This document shows, piece after piece, positions 14,699 through 16,283 of a stretch of 16,283 nucleotides of DNA. Below the pieces are notes generated by a model. The model made no database searches, had not been told where the DNA came from, and saw only the letters and a program-made list of their open reading frames with translations. Source of the stretch: Phycisphaeraceae bacterium. Its GTDB lineage: Bacteria > Planctomycetota > Phycisphaerae > Phycisphaerales > Zrk34. The stretch covers positions 1 through 16,283 of the forward strand of contig JBBDRF010000076.1 of the NCBI GenBank assembly GCA_040905565.1, read 5' to 3'. Numbering within the stretch: position 1 is the stretch's first letter; every line of letters starts with the position of its first letter. The translations under genes were made by a program, and so were the position numbers.

Positions 14699-15775
14699 AT
14701 GGCTGAGAACAACACGGCTGCTGAAAAGACTGAGGCGCCTACGCCGCGCAAGCGAGAGGAGGCCCGCCGCGAAGGCAACGTGCCCAAGAGCACGGACCTG
14801 AACGCTGCGTGCGCCCTGCTGGCGGCGACGGTGCTGCTGTACCTGCTTGGCCAGCGGATGTTCGGCGGGCTCAAGACGTCGCTGGAGGTGTTGCTGTCGG
14901 CGTCGCATGCGGGCAACCCGACCCGGCCGGACGACCTGCACGCCATGGGGGCTTTCGTTCTGCAGATCATGACCTCGGCGGTGCTGCCGTTGATCGTCGC
15001 CATCGGCGCGGTGGTGCTGCTGGTGGCGGTGGGGCAGGTGGGCTTCCTGGTCACGCTCAAGCCGATCACGCCGCAGTTCAGCAAGCTCTCACCCCTGCAA
15101 GGCGTGAAAAACCTGGTCAATGCCCGGGCGGCAATGCGGTTTGTCATGAGCCTGGGCAAGCTGGTCGCCATCGCGGCCGTGGCGGTGTTCCTGATCTACC
15201 ACGACCTGCCCAAAATCCTGGTCCTCCCCGAGCTCTCGGCCGGTCAGGCTTTCGCCGTTTCATGCCAGCTCACCTTCGGCCTCGCCATCAAGCTTGCGGC
15301 GCTGCTGATCATCCTTGCGATTCTCGACTACGCCTTCCAGCGCGTTCAGCACGAACGCGAACTGCGCATGAGCAAGCAGGAGGTCAAGGAGGAGATGAAG
15401 CGCATGGAAGGCGACCCGCTCGTCAAGCAGCGCCGATCGCGCGTCGCCCGCCAACTCGCCATGCAGCGCACCGCTCAGCAGGTGCCCCAGGCCGACGTCA
15501 TCGTGACCAACCCGACGCACCTGGCGATCGCGCTGAAATACGACGCGCAGAGCATGCGGGCGCCGAAGGTGGTCGCCAAGGGTGCGGACTTTCTCGCCAT
15601 GCGCATCCGACAGATCGGCTCGCTGCACGGTATCCCGATCATCGAACGCAAACCCTTGGCCCGGGCGCTCTACAGCAGCGTCGACGTCGGCCAGGAAGTG
15701 CCCCCGGAACACTACACCGCCGTGGCGGAAATCATGGCGTACGTCTACCGCCTCAGCGGCCGCAAGAGCGCGTGA
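14699..15775 (+). CDS. flhB: Flagellar export protein FlhB
   Basis: EKTEAPTPRKREEARREGNVPKS N-terminus, MSKQEVKEEMKRMEGDP, NPTH autocleavage motif and P.VVAKG. Confidence 0.97.
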   Translation: MAENNTAAEKTEAPTPRKREEARREGNVPKSTDLNAACALLAATVLLYLLGQRMFGGLKTSLEVLLSASHAGNPTRPDDLHAMGAFVLQIMTSAVLPLIVAIGAVVLLVAVGQVGFLVTLKPITPQFSKLSPLQGVKNLVNARAAMRFVMSLGKLVAIAAVAVFLIYHDLPKILVLPELSAGQAFAVSCQLTFGLAIKLAALLIILAILDYAFQRVQHERELRMSKQEVKEEMKRMEGDPLVKQRRSRVARQLAMQRTAQQVPQADVIVTNPTHLAIALKYDAQSMRAPKVVAKGADFLAMRIRQIGSLHGIPIIERKPLARALYSSVDVGQEVPPEHYTAVAEIMAYVYRLSGRKSA

Positions 15776-15787
15776 GGCGAGGGAGAG

Positions 15788-15819
15788 TTAGCCGCAAATG
15801 GACGCTAATGAACGCGAAT
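15788..15819 (+). repeat. Left inverted repeat of GxxExxY cassette
   Basis: TTAGCCGCAAATGGACGCTAATGAACGCGAAT, with 10-nt units CGCAAATGGA/CGCTAATGAA/CGCGAAT; contains the gene's ATG. Confidence 0.85.
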
Positions 15820-16184
15820 TGATCGAGCAGGCAGCGAAGCGCGTGATTGGTGCGGCCTACGAGGTAAGCAACGTCTTGGGAACAGGATTTCTGGAGAAGG
15901 TTTATGAGAATGCGCTGGTCCATGAGTTACGGGCGAATGGAATTCGGGTCGAAGCACAAAAAGCAGTGCCCGTCTTCTACAAGCGCTGCCGTGTGGGTGA
16001 TTACTTCGCCGACTTGCTGGTGGAAAACAGATTGATCGTAGAGCTGAAATGTGTCGAGTCACTGGCTGGTGAGCATTTAGCTCAATGTCTCAATTACCTG
16101 CGTGCAACGAATGCACACTTGGCATTGCTCCTGAATTTCCAGCATTCACGCGTACAGGTAAAGCGCGTGGTGCGTGAGCTTTAA
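15798..16184 (+). CDS. GxxExxY family protein (PD-(D/E)XK nuclease-like fold)
   Basis: VLGTGFLEKVYENAL contains G-F-L-E-K-V-Y (GxxExxY); YFADLLVENRLIVELK has the D...ExK pattern; HLAQCLNYLRAT...LLLNF C-terminus typical of the family; 128 aa. Confidence 0.92.
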   Translation: MDANERELIEQAAKRVIGAAYEVSNVLGTGFLEKVYENALVHELRANGIRVEAQKAVPVFYKRCRVGDYFADLLVENRLIVELKCVESLAGEHLAQCLNYLRATNAHLALLLNFQHSRVQVKRVVREL

Positions 16185-16193
16185 TGACTATGT

Positions 16194-16225
16194 ATTTGCG
16201 TTTATTCGCGTGCATTTGCGGCTAA
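16194..16225 (-). repeat. Right inverted repeat of GxxExxY cassette
   Basis: Reverse complement TTAGCCGCAAATGCACGCGAATAAACGCAAAT is 28/32 identical to 15788-15819. Confidence 0.85.
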
Positions 16226-16229
16226 ATAA

Positions 16230-16283
16230 ATGCCCAAGCAACCCGCCAACTCGTTGAACATGGCCGGCGCCGCCGCGTTCGTA
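16230..16283 (+). CDS. Possible N-terminus of next operon gene, by synteny FlhA (truncated)
   Basis: Open frame MPKQPANSLNMAGAAAFV to the window end, with GC content returning to the operon level. Identity rests only on the usual flhB-flhA order. Confidence 0.35.
   Translation, partial: MPKQPANSLNMAGAAAFV

Larger units (their letters stand above)
15788..16225. mobile_element. Putative IR-bounded mobile cassette carrying a GxxExxY gene (438 bp)
   Basis: 32-bp IRs (28/32) enclose one lower-GC ORF that interrupts a conserved operon. No target-site duplication seen. Mobility is inferred. Confidence 0.55.

Overview
High-GC bacterial window holding the central part of one large, co-directional (+ strand) flagellar operon: fliG(3' part)-fliH-fliI-fliJ-motE/ylxF-like-fliK-flgD-small hypothetical-flgE-flbD(swrD)-motA-motB-fliL-fliN-fliO-fliP-fliQ-fliR-flhB-[GxxExxY nuclease-fold gene]-possible flhA start. 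The gene order is the Firmicutes/spirochete-like type. Composition and repeat style suggest Planctomycetota (possibly Phycisphaerae), which is inference only. The most unusual element is a lower-GC GxxExxY (PD-(D/E)XK-like) gene right after flhB, bracketed by 32-bp inverted repeats (28/32 identical) built from 10-nt units. Their outer end (TTAGCCGC) is shared with a gene-less 72-bp inverted-repeat element between motA and motB and with a half-element that supplies the fliN stop codon, suggesting an autonomous/non-autonomous family of small mobile cassettes. Other points: a second palindromic repeat found intergenically and in-frame in the FliP signal peptide; heptamer tandem/inverted arrays in several spacers; a stator with Na+-type (possibly K+-permissive) signatures and a degenerate peptidoglycan-binding motif; no fliM at its usual position; a terminator-like hairpin between fliQ and fliR; and candidate sigma-28 promoters.
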